DNA from: Candidatus Sericytochromatia bacterium
GTDB taxonomy: Bacteria; Cyanobacteriota; Sericytochromatia; S15B-MN24; UBA4093
Reading direction: 5' to 3'
DNA: 55,139 bases
Assembly (NCBI GenBank): GCA_036676985.1
Contig: JAKFBU010000051.1
Location: forward strand, 1 to 55,139
Shown here piece by piece: positions 1 through 8,465 of the stretch; positions within the stretch are counted from its first letter, which is position 1; each line of letters opens with the position of its first letter. The notes under the pieces were generated by a model, which was given only the letters and a program-made list of their open reading frames with translations, ran no database searches and was not told the DNA's origin. A program made the position numbers and the translations under genes.

Positions 1-735
1 CTCTCCTTCCAGGCCGCTCTGAACGAGAAGCTCCTGCACCTATCGGCCGTCTTCGCCGTGCTCATGATGGTGCTCTCGATCGCCCTGAGCGAGCTGGGGC
101 CGCGGGCCAACGCCAAGATCATCGCCGACTTCGGCCTGGGGACCATCCAGATCGTCGCCATCTTGATCGGCATCGTGCTCGCCTCCAACGACATGCCTCG
201 CGAGATCGAGCGCCGGACCCTCTACGTGGTCCTCAGCAAGCCGGTGGGCCGCTCGTCCATCATCGTCGGCAAGACCCTGGGCTGGTTCGCCGCCCTGGGC
301 CTGCTGATGCTGCTCATGGGCCTCGTCTTCTACGGCATGCTCGTCTTCGTGCGGCTGCCCTTGACGCCCTGGTTCGCCGTCGCGATCCTCGCCATGGCGG
401 TCGAAACCTTCCTCATCGTCGCCGTCGCCCTGCTGTTCTCGCTGCTGACCTCGCCGACCCTGGCCTCGATCTACGCCCTGGTCGTCTTCTTCATTGGCCA
501 CCAGACGGGCGTCATCCGCGCCTTCGGTGAGCGGGCCGGCGGCGCCTCGCACATGCTCACCGAGTTCATCTATCGCTTCATTCCGAATCTCGAAGCCCTC
601 AACCTCAAAAACGACGCCGTCTATGGCATGATCCCGCCGACTCATCAGCTGCTGGCGTCCTTCGGGTACGGGATCGCGTGGATCGTGGCGCTCATCGGCT
701 TCTCGGTCCTGGTTTTCCGCCTCAAGGAGCTCTGA
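1..735 (+). CDS. ABC-2 type transporter permease, PilI-like (5' truncated by window edge)
   Basis: Frame is open from base 1 (LSFQAALNEKLLHLSAVF...). Several TM helices and the motif EIERRTLYVVLSKPVGRSSIIVGK, typical of ABC-2 permeases. Lies directly upstream of a TPR gene and a pilin. Confidence 0.8.
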   Translation, partial: LSFQAALNEKLLHLSAVFAVLMMVLSIALSELGPRANAKIIADFGLGTIQIVAILIGIVLASNDMPREIERRTLYVVLSKPVGRSSIIVGKTLGWFAALGLLMLLMGLVFYGMLVFVRLPLTPWFAVAILAMAVETFLIVAVALLFSLLTSPTLASIYALVVFFIGHQTGVIRAFGERAGGASHMLTEFIYRFIPNLEALNLKNDAVYGMIPPTHQLLASFGYGIAWIVALIGFSVLVFRLKEL

Positions 736-1382
736 TGAGGGCGATCGCGTGGGGAGTCACCTTGGGCGCGATCGTCGCCGTCAACGTCCTGCTGGGCAGC
801 GTGCGCGACTCGGCTGATCCGATCCGGCAAGGGTATATGAGCGTTCCGCCCAAGCCCCTGGGGACCATGGTCGCGGGCTTCGACAATCTGGCCGCGGACC
901 TCTGGTACATGCGTTTTGCCAGCTACTGGGGATACCAGCTGGTACATGGTCGGCACTTTCAGAACCTCTATCCCCTCCTGGACCTGATCACGGATCTCGA
1001 CCCGCGCTTCATCCAGGCCTACGACTTCGGGTCGCTGGCTCTCGGCGACAGCGAGCAGGTGGACGAGGCGGTGAAGTTGCTCGACAAGGGGGCCGCGCAC
1101 GACCCCGAGAACCACTATTTTCCGTACAAGGCGGGCCTGACGCTGTTCTTCTTCAGCGAGGACTACCTGCGGGCGGCCAGCTATTTCGAGCGGGCTGCCG
1201 GGCTGCCGGGCGCGCCTCCGGAGGCGCGCTACTTCGCCGCCCAGATGTACGAGCGCGGAACGCGCAAGGACCTAGCGATCGCCTCGTGGCGACACACTTA
1301 CGACACGGCTGCCGATCAAAGCGTGAAACAGGTGGCTAAAAATGCGCTCAAGCGCCTGGGCGTCACCGAAAAAAGTCCGTGA
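735..1382 (+). CDS. TPR-like membrane-anchored protein, PilG/XapA-like pilin accessory
   Basis: ATG at 735 overlaps the upstream TGA; RBS AAGGAG at 724-729. N-terminal hydrophobic helix, then ADLWYMR...LDLITDLDPRF..AY and TPR-like helices (AVKLLDKGAAHDP, AASYFERAA). Confidence 0.7.
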   Translation: MRAIAWGVTLGAIVAVNVLLGSVRDSADPIRQGYMSVPPKPLGTMVAGFDNLAADLWYMRFASYWGYQLVHGRHFQNLYPLLDLITDLDPRFIQAYDFGSLALGDSEQVDEAVKLLDKGAAHDPENHYFPYKAGLTLFFFSEDYLRAASYFERAAGLPGAPPEARYFAAQMYERGTRKDLAIASWRHTYDTAADQSVKQVAKNALKRLGVTEKSP

Positions 1383-1398
1383 AGATTGGCTCACAGCA

Positions 1399-1423
1399 GT
1401 TATAAGTAAATAAGCAAGGGTAT
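1399..1423 (+). promoter_or_regulatory. SigB/SigF-type promoter of the pilin gene (GTTA-N15-GGGTAT)
   Basis: GTTA at 1399-1402 and GGGTAT at 1418-1423, 36 nt before the pilin start. Matches the GTTT-N14-17-GGGTAT class of alternative sigma promoters. Confidence 0.55.
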
Positions 1424-1459
1424 ACGGTTGATGGCTTTCTCAGAAAGGGAGGATCGTCT

Positions 1460-2014
1460 GTGAAAAAGGGGAGCAACGCTCAAAAGGGCTTCACGCTGAT
1501 CGAGGTCTCGCTGGCCATCGTCATCGGCGTCATCGTGCTGGCGGGTGCCATCACGCTCTACAATCAGTCGAAGGTCAGCGCCGGAAACTCGAAGGCACAG
1601 GAGAAATCCTTGGCCCTGGCGGCGGTCGTCGAGGAACTTGCGGCAGCCAACAACATGGCGTATCCTTCGGTGGGTAACGTCAATACTGCATGGCGTACGC
1701 GCCGCGAGGACGCGGATATGAACCCATGGGGCGGTACGCTGGCGGTGGGCGCAGCGCCTAACCAGAAGGCTGTGAAGAATGCCGGAGATGCCACTAATGC
1801 TGGCCCCTACTCCTGGCCTACATCGACGATGAACGCCTGGAGCAGTACGGCGGCTAATGTTGCCAGCGCGGGCTTTGCCGTCTACGCAACGGGCACTGGG
1901 ACTTCTTCGGTTTATGATGCTGGCGTCGTGGCGACCAAGACCTATGCCAACTACTTCGTCGGAATCGTAAATCCGGCTGGCGAAGGAGCTGCCTTCACGG
2001 CGGGCGGCAAGTAA
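1460..2014 (+). CDS. pilA: Type IV pilin (probable major pilin)
   Basis: Class III signal peptide MKKGSNAQKG^FTLIEVSLAIVIGVIVLAG with Glu at +5. Strong RBS GGGAGG, own promoter and own terminator. Confidence 0.9.
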   Translation: MKKGSNAQKGFTLIEVSLAIVIGVIVLAGAITLYNQSKVSAGNSKAQEKSLALAAVVEELAAANNMAYPSVGNVNTAWRTRREDADMNPWGGTLAVGAAPNQKAVKNAGDATNAGPYSWPTSTMNAWSSTAANVASAGFAVYATGTGTSSVYDAGVVATKTYANYFVGIVNPAGEGAAFTAGGK

Positions 2015-2038
2015 GCCTCACAAACTTCCTTTAGACAG

Positions 2039-2077
2039 GAATCAGGGTGGTCGATCGACCGCCCTGATTCTTTTCTT
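2039..2077 (+). terminator. Rho-independent terminator after pilin
   Basis: Palindrome GAATCAGGGTGGTCGA/TCGACCGCCCTGATTC followed by TTTTCTT. Confidence 0.85.
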
Positions 2078-2245
2078 GTGGCCATTTCCGAGGGTTTTAC
2101 GGAACGTCATGAGCAGGTGTTAAATGTGACGAATAGCGGTCACGTGAGGTCTAACGGTTAGCCACGATGCTCTAACAGAAGAGCGGGTAGCCAACAGACC
2201 AACCGCTTTCTTTCCAACCGGCAATGGGCATCGAAGCCCGCCGAC

Positions 2246-5200
2246 TTACTTAGAGATCTTGCTGAGGACCTGCACGACCATGTGCATGCGGTTCGACAGG
2301 GCCTCGTTGTTCTCGCGAAGGCCGTCCAGGGCCTCACGCAAGGCGGCGTTCTCCCGGGTGAGTGCCGAGACCGCCTCGGCCTGCTCGCTGCGAATCTGGC
2401 CCAGCTGCTCGCCGAGCATGCCCTCCGAGCGCGAGGCGGCGACCGTGCTCGCCTCGAGAGCCTGGGCCAGGAGCTGGCTCTGCTCGGCCAGTTGCTGGAC
2501 GAACCGGGTCAGCTCCTCCACCTGGCTCTGGAGAGCCGTATCGGCAGACTTGGCCTCGAAGGCCTGCTGCAACGAGGTGATCTGCTGCACGGCGGCGTTG
2601 AGAGCCTCCTGTTGGCGCGCGTGCGCCAGGGACATGCCCTCGAGGCGCCCCTTGAGGCCGGCGAATTCGGTTGCGACGCCCTTGAGCTCGCCCTGCGTCC
2701 GCGCTTGCTCCGAGACCTTGCCTGTCAGGTCGGTCAGCGTCGCGTCGATCGCCTTGCCATGGTCCTCCAGCTTCTCGGTCCGCCGGTCGAGCGTCTCGAA
2801 TCGGCGATCCAGCGCCTCATGGCGCCCTTGCAGCTCCGAGATGTTGCCCTGGGTATCGGCCACCCGGTTATCCACCCGCTGGCTCAGCGAGCCGATGTCG
2901 CTTCGGGTCTCCTCGAGGGCTTCGGACACCCGCTCGATTTCGTCACCCAGCCCGAAGAGGCGCTCGTTGGCCTCCTCCAGGGCGTCGGCCTGCTCCAGGA
3001 CCCGGGCGTTGGCCGCTTCCACGCGCTCATCGATCGAACGGCGGGCGATGTCGAGGTCCGCGAAGCGCTCGTCCATCCGCTTGCCCAGGTCGAGCAGGCG
3101 CCCTTCCAGGGCCGAGAGGCCTTCGAAACGCTCGGCATGGGCGTCGAGCCGATAGGAGATCTGTTCGACCGCGCCGGAGAGATCCCGCAGGGCCTCGAGC
3201 TCCTGCCGCAGGGGCGGTAGCGCCTCCTGCACGAGCGCCTGCAGCTCCGTGAGGCGCCCGTCGGTGCCCTGGTGCTGGTCGCCGACGCGCGATTCGAGGG
3301 CCTCGAGCGAGGTCCCGAGCTGCCGGGTGCGGTCGGCGATCGCCGCCATCTCCGCTCCGAGCTCCGTCTGGGCCTCGGCCACCACGCGCTGCAACTTGGT
3401 GGCCTGGTCAGCGAGCTCGGCAGCGAGCGCCTGACGGGCCTCCGCCAGTTCGCCGACCAGCTGGTCGTTGCGCTCTGCCTGGGCCGTGAGGGCCGTCTGC
3501 CACTGGCTGCGCGAATCCGCTTCCCGGGCGTCGAGCTCGGAGAGCAAGGTGCGCGCGGCCTGCAGGACGCCGTCCAGGCGCGTGAACTCTTCGTTCATGA
3601 GGGTGCCGAGCGCATCGAGGTCCGACTTGAGGGAGTCGGCCCCCGACGCCAGCTCGCCCTTGAGGCCGCTCAGGTCCGCGGCGTAGTCGTTCTTGAGCCC
3701 CTCCAGCCCCGAGCGGAGCTCGGAGCGAATCTCTGCGTCGCCCGCGGCGAGGTCGGCCTTCAGGCCCTCGACGCCGGTCGCCAGTTCGCCCTTCAAGCCT
3801 GCGACGTCTGACGAGAGTCGTTCGCCGAGCAGCTCGCGCGCCTTGGTTTCGGCGTCGAGGGCGGCCTGCAGGGCCGATTGAGCGTCGGAGAGATCCTTGG
3901 CGAGTTGCGCGTCCTGGCCGCTGCGGACCGTGTTTTCGCTCTCGAGCCCCGTGGCGAGGTCGCCGAGGCCCTTGGCCAGTCGCTTGCCCTGTTCCTCGCG
4001 GGCTTCCTGCTCCGCGGTGAGGGCATGGCGCAGATCGGCCAGCTGGTCCTCGACCGTGTGCCGGAACTCCGCTTGCACTTCCTGCTGGTCGGCGAGGCCG
4101 CCGCGCGCCTCGTCGATGCGCGCCAAGAGCGACGCCTGCACGTCGCTCCATGCGGAGCGGGCGTCTTCGAGCCGCTGCTCGGCCAGGTTCACGATCGACC
4201 CCAGCTCGGAGATGCTCGTGGTGGTCGACTCCTGGACCCGGCGCACTTCGTCGCGGACCCAGGTGCGCTGGCCGGAGAGCCGCTCTTCGGTGTGGCTCCA
4301 GACCTCGCGCAGGTTGCGGATCTGCTCGGTGCGCAGGAAGTCGACGTCGCCCGCGATGGCGGCCGGCAGCTTGCTGGGCACCTCGGCCGCGAAGGTGGCG
4401 AGGCTGGTCTCGCTCGAGGCGGGCAGGGACTCGCCGAGGGGCATGCGGCGGTCGAAGCGATCGCGCAGCGGTGCCGTCACCGTCTTGAAGGCGTTCTCGC
4501 CGAAGGCGATGGGACCGTCCTCGAGGCCCGGCCAGCGCTGCTTCCAGCCGACGATCGCAAGTCCGAAGAGCAGGGCCGCACCCGCCAGCGGGTAGAGGAG
4601 GATGCCCTTGGGGAGGCCCGGGGCCTGCAGGGGGCCGCTGGCGACCATGGTGGGCCCCGCGAGCGTTCCGGGATCGAGGCTCAGGAGCGGGTTGGTGTGC
4701 CCGATGGGATGGCGCACGACCACGGCCCACCCGGTGGACGGCACGCGCGCCACCGAGAACATGGCATCCGAGGTCGCAAGGAACCCTTCGCCCAGCTGGA
4801 GCAGCTGCTGGCACCAGTCGCGGTCCTCGCCGCTGGGCGCGACCTCACCTTCGAGGGGCTTTCCGCTGGCATCCAGCAGGTAGCGTCGGACGCCGTTGGG
4901 ACGGGGGAGGGCGTTCAGGCCCTGGGAGAAGTAGTGAAAAGGCACGCGCGAGGCGAGCACCTGGCCCGTGCGGCTCGGGACGGCGATGAGCACGGACTTG
5001 AGGGGGCTTCGCTCGGCGATCCACACGCCCTGCTTCTGGATGGCGGTGACGTCCTCGGGACTGAGGTAGCGCTCGCCGGGGGGCTGGACGCTGAAGTCCG
5101 ATCCCTTGCCGGGGGTGGCCGTGAAGAGGGCGACGGGCCACTGGCTCGAGGCCGCGTTGAGGCCGATGCGCTCGCGCTCGAAGACCGTGAGGTCGGCGTC

Positions 5201-5425
5201 GGCGATGGTCTGTAGCAAGGAGGAGCTGCGCCGCAGGGCCTCGTCGATGCGGTTGGCGATCGCCTGGGCTTCCTGCTGGACGGCCCGGTCGGGCTGGCGG
5301 GCCGCGCCGTAGTCGTTGCGGGCCATCATGGCGCCGGTCTGGGCCTCGGAGGGGATCACCAGCGCGATCGTCCCGGCGAGCGCGATCCCCAAGAGTCCCA
5401 ATCCCCACCAGCGTCGGTTCTGCAC
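2246..5425 (-). CDS. Membrane protein: TM, periplasmic Cache-like region, TM, then a ~700 aa cytoplasmic coiled coil
   Basis: GTG start with GGAGG RBS. Hydrophobic segments near aa 7-25 and aa 275-293. RRYLLDASGK and ARVPSTGWAVVVRHP resemble a Cache domain. The remainder is heptad-rich (A/E/L/R). Confidence 0.75.
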   Translation of the reverse strand: MQNRRWWGLGLLGIALAGTIALVIPSEAQTGAMMARNDYGAARQPDRAVQQEAQAIANRIDEALRRSSSLLQTIADADLTVFERERIGLNAASSQWPVALFTATPGKGSDFSVQPPGERYLSPEDVTAIQKQGVWIAERSPLKSVLIAVPSRTGQVLASRVPFHYFSQGLNALPRPNGVRRYLLDASGKPLEGEVAPSGEDRDWCQQLLQLGEGFLATSDAMFSVARVPSTGWAVVVRHPIGHTNPLLSLDPGTLAGPTMVASGPLQAPGLPKGILLYPLAGAALLFGLAIVGWKQRWPGLEDGPIAFGENAFKTVTAPLRDRFDRRMPLGESLPASSETSLATFAAEVPSKLPAAIAGDVDFLRTEQIRNLREVWSHTEERLSGQRTWVRDEVRRVQESTTTSISELGSIVNLAEQRLEDARSAWSDVQASLLARIDEARGGLADQQEVQAEFRHTVEDQLADLRHALTAEQEAREEQGKRLAKGLGDLATGLESENTVRSGQDAQLAKDLSDAQSALQAALDAETKARELLGERLSSDVAGLKGELATGVEGLKADLAAGDAEIRSELRSGLEGLKNDYAADLSGLKGELASGADSLKSDLDALGTLMNEEFTRLDGVLQAARTLLSELDAREADSRSQWQTALTAQAERNDQLVGELAEARQALAAELADQATKLQRVVAEAQTELGAEMAAIADRTRQLGTSLEALESRVGDQHQGTDGRLTELQALVQEALPPLRQELEALRDLSGAVEQISYRLDAHAERFEGLSALEGRLLDLGKRMDERFADLDIARRSIDERVEAANARVLEQADALEEANERLFGLGDEIERVSEALEETRSDIGSLSQRVDNRVADTQGNISELQGRHEALDRRFETLDRRTEKLEDHGKAIDATLTDLTGKVSEQARTQGELKGVATEFAGLKGRLEGMSLAHARQQEALNAAVQQITSLQQAFEAKSADTALQSQVEELTRFVQQLAEQSQLLAQALEASTVAASRSEGMLGEQLGQIRSEQAEAVSALTRENAALREALDGLRENNEALSNRMHMVVQVLSKISK

Positions 5426-5719
5426 GAGCGCCCCTCCGTTCTGTCTCCTGAGAGCTTCCTGCGACCATTATCCTCATCGGTTGCCAGGAAGTCTGAGACG
5501 TCGGTCACGCGTTATGTTCCTTACCCGACGTTCAACCGAACTTCATCCACCGATTGCCCGCTGAAACTTTTACGCAAAATAGTGGCAAGACTGCAGAAGA
5601 TTTCACGAACTCCTGGGTACGTGGCCATTAGGACCCCTGTTTGGCTCTTCGTTTTATTGTCCGGTCGCGCTGGTAACTTCCTGATTGGCTGAAGCGTCCG
5701 TGACAACTGGAGTGTAGCG

Positions 5720-8440
5720 ATGAAGGCAGTGACGCCTTTCATGGCCATCGTCGCCGCGGCCCTCATGGGGTTGAGCGGCTGCTTTTGGGCTCCGAACACT
5801 CCCTCCACGACGGGAACCCCCGGGCTCGGCACGGCACAGGTGCAGGCCAACCAGCCGGAAGGGGCCCTGCCGCTGCAAGGGGTCGTCGATTTCGGCACGC
5901 GCGGGATCCAGGCCGGCATCGGAGAAGTGGCCAACGGCGCGACCGTCTCCTTGATCGAGGTCTCCACCGGCAACACGATCGCCACGACCCTGACCTCCCC
6001 CACGGGCGTCTTCAGCTTCACCTTCGGCCGCTTCCGCCCCGCCAACGACACGCCCTATTACCTGGAAGCCGTCAAGGGCCTCTACGCGAACAACCCGAGC
6101 TACGATGCCGTGCGCCTGCGGACCATCCTCAGCTACAACAGCGGCTGGCGCTCCATCACCTCGGCGCAAACCAACGGGCTGGTGGCCATCTCGGCGGAGA
6201 CGACGGCGATCTGCGTCATCGCCGCCTACCGGCCGACCCAGGTCACAGCCCTGAGCCTGATCGGCACCGTGACGCCGGGCGTTCCCGACAACAGCCTCAA
6301 CCCGCCGACCGGCAGCACCTTCGTGCCGGGGACCACCAACATCACGAACGCGGACTTCCACACCGTCGCGGACCTGGTCAACCAGGCCATGACCCAGGAC
6401 ACCGACCCCTTCTTCCGCGTCCGCTACAACCCCGCCTTCAACCTCTACTCGCTCTCGAGCGAGGTCATCACGGGCGGCGGCTCGGGCGGGTCGGGAGGGT
6501 CCGGCGGCTCGGGCTCCGGCGGCTCCGGCTGGGGCGGCCCCAACTTCCCGCAGATCCAGGGCCTGAGCACCTACGTGGGCGGCCCCGGCACGACGCTGAC
6601 GGTCTACGGCATCAACTTCGGCCCGAACGTCGCCGACAACTCGGCGGACCTGGACGGCATGGCGGCCACGGTGACGGAGGCCTCGCCCACCCGTTTGACG
6701 ATCACCCTGCCCGCAGGGGCCACCTCGGGTCTCTTGACGGTCACCACCGCCCTCGGTACCAGCAACGGCCTCATCTTCACCATCTTCGAGCCCATCGTCG
6801 GCACCCACGAGCCGGTGCGCGCGCCGACCCTGACGAGCGTGAGCCCGGTCGCCGCCATGCCGGGCGCCACCGTCTCCATCGACGGCGCGTGGTTCGATCC
6901 CTCGGCGGGCGCCAACTGGGTCGTGATGAACGGGCGCATGGCCTCGGCCTCGACGGCCACCAACGCGCGCCTGACCTTCCGGATCCCGGCCGACTGGACC
7001 AGCGGCAACTTCCAGGTCATCCGCGGCGGCTCGCCGAGCAATGCCCTCTACCTGGCCATCGGCGCCCCGGTGGTGGTGGGGTCGGATCTCCCGTCGGTCG
7101 TGCCCGGGGGCACGGTCCGCCTGCGCGGGCTCAACTTCGTGCCGACCCCCTCGGGCAATACCGTCAACTTCGTGGGGGGCCCGGGCATCGTCACGGCGGC
7201 CTCGGGCGACGAGCTCACGGTCATCGTTCCGGGCAACGCCCAGCCGGGGCCGGTGACGGTCCAGACGGCGGCCGGCATCAGCGCCAACTTCGCCCTGGGC
7301 ATCCTGTCCGGGACCGCGGGTCAGCTGCAGCTCCAGAATCCCCCGACCGTAACGGCCATGAGCCCGAACCGCGGGCCGGTGGGCCTGGGGGTGAGCCTGA
7401 CGGGGACCGGCTTCAGCTCATGGCTGCCCGGCAACGTCGTGCGGTTCAACGGCGTGATGGCCACGGTCCTGTCGGCCGCGACGGACAGCCTGTCGGTGGT
7501 GGTCCCCTCCGGGGCGACCACGGGCCCCGTGACGGTGCATACCGCCTCGGGCAAGGCCACGGCCGGCACCTTCACCGTCTACGGACCGGACGTCTCCTCG
7601 ACGACCGTGTCGGGCTTGCCGTTCTTGGACTCCGTCTCCCCGGCCATCGCCATCGTCGGCGAGACGGTCACGCTCGCGGGCTCCAACTTCGACCCGATCG
7701 TCGGCAACAACGTGGTGAGCTTCAACGGCACGAACGCCACGCCCGTGGACGGGACGTCGGTGATGCTGCGCGTGCTCGTCCCGGTCGGGGCCACGAGCGG
7801 CAACCTGACGGTCACGCACTCCGGCGGGACGAGCACGGCGCAGACGTTCCACGTGATCCCGGCCAACAGCGGCCAGCTGACGCTGACCAACCCCCCGACC
7901 GTCACGACCGTCACGCCGGTCAACGCGCGGGTGGGGGCGACCGTCACCATCACGGGGCTCAACTTCTGGGACAACCTCTCGGCCAACGCCGTGCACTTCA
8001 ACGGCGTGAGCGCGACCATCACGGCGGCCTCGTCGACGAGCCTGACCTGCACGGTACCCGCGGGCGCGACCACCGGACTGCTGCGCGTCTCGTCGCCGAC
8101 CGGTCGGACCTTCTGGGCCACCTTCACCGTGGACCCGGAGCCACCCGGCGCGATCGTCCTGCCCGGGGCCCCGACGATCTCGGTCCTGGGGCCCAACGCG
8201 GCTCCGCGGGGCGCCACCCTCACCATCTCGGGGAGCAACTTCCATCCCCAGGCCGATCAGAACGCGGTTTCTTTCAACGGCACGGCCGCCACCCCGACGG
8301 CCGGAGACACGGGGACGCTGACGGTGACGGTGCCTGCGGGCGCCACATCGGGCAACGTCACCGTCACGACCTCGGCCGGCACGAGCAACACGCTGCCGTT
8401 TACCGTCATTTCCAACGTAGGAGGCACCTTTAACCCGTAG
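5720..8440 (+). CDS. Lipoprotein A: conserved N-domain, Gly/Ser linker, 7 IPT/TIG domains, C-terminal tail SNVGGTFNP
   Basis: Lipobox LSGC. Seven ~80 aa units of the form P-x-I...G..V.I.G.NF...N.V.FNG....V...S...L...VP.GA.SG.V.V.T. Confidence 0.88.
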   Translation: MKAVTPFMAIVAAALMGLSGCFWAPNTPSTTGTPGLGTAQVQANQPEGALPLQGVVDFGTRGIQAGIGEVANGATVSLIEVSTGNTIATTLTSPTGVFSFTFGRFRPANDTPYYLEAVKGLYANNPSYDAVRLRTILSYNSGWRSITSAQTNGLVAISAETTAICVIAAYRPTQVTALSLIGTVTPGVPDNSLNPPTGSTFVPGTTNITNADFHTVADLVNQAMTQDTDPFFRVRYNPAFNLYSLSSEVITGGGSGGSGGSGGSGSGGSGWGGPNFPQIQGLSTYVGGPGTTLTVYGINFGPNVADNSADLDGMAATVTEASPTRLTITLPAGATSGLLTVTTALGTSNGLIFTIFEPIVGTHEPVRAPTLTSVSPVAAMPGATVSIDGAWFDPSAGANWVVMNGRMASASTATNARLTFRIPADWTSGNFQVIRGGSPSNALYLAIGAPVVVGSDLPSVVPGGTVRLRGLNFVPTPSGNTVNFVGGPGIVTAASGDELTVIVPGNAQPGPVTVQTAAGISANFALGILSGTAGQLQLQNPPTVTAMSPNRGPVGLGVSLTGTGFSSWLPGNVVRFNGVMATVLSAATDSLSVVVPSGATTGPVTVHTASGKATAGTFTVYGPDVSSTTVSGLPFLDSVSPAIAIVGETVTLAGSNFDPIVGNNVVSFNGTNATPVDGTSVMLRVLVPVGATSGNLTVTHSGGTSTAQTFHVIPANSGQLTLTNPPTVTTVTPVNARVGATVTITGLNFWDNLSANAVHFNGVSATITAASSTSLTCTVPAGATTGLLRVSSPTGRTFWATFTVDPEPPGAIVLPGAPTISVLGPNAAPRGATLTISGSNFHPQADQNAVSFNGTAATPTAGDTGTLTVTVPAGATSGNVTVTTSAGTSNTLPFTVISNVGGTFNP
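6473..6538 (+). repeat. Gly/Ser low-complexity linker (GGS)n inside lipoprotein A
   Basis: Encodes GGGSGGSGGSGGSGSGGSGWGG with mixed synonymous codons. Confidence 0.85.
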
Positions 8441-8465
8441 CGGTGAGAGGTAGGAGGACACGAAC

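Noticed and set aside
1460-2014. Electrically conductive (e-pilin) interpretation given the xap-like neighbours
   Set aside because: Full-length ~174-aa mature pilin with long aromatic-free stretches, unlike truncated e-pilins.
2125-2145. CRP-like site TGTGA...TCAC
   Set aside because: The spacer is 10 nt instead of the 6 required.
5426-5719. Possible riboswitch (e.g. c-di-GMP) in the leader of the lipoprotein operon
   Set aside because: I could not match any riboswitch consensus by eye. The region reads as a divergent promoter; an Rfam scan would settle it.
5785-8433. 882-aa Arg/His/Gly-rich same-strand alternative-frame ORF (also 11266-12852, 19059-20885, 37814-39814)
   Set aside because: Frame-shifted reading of GC-biased codons; the composition is typical of artefacts.
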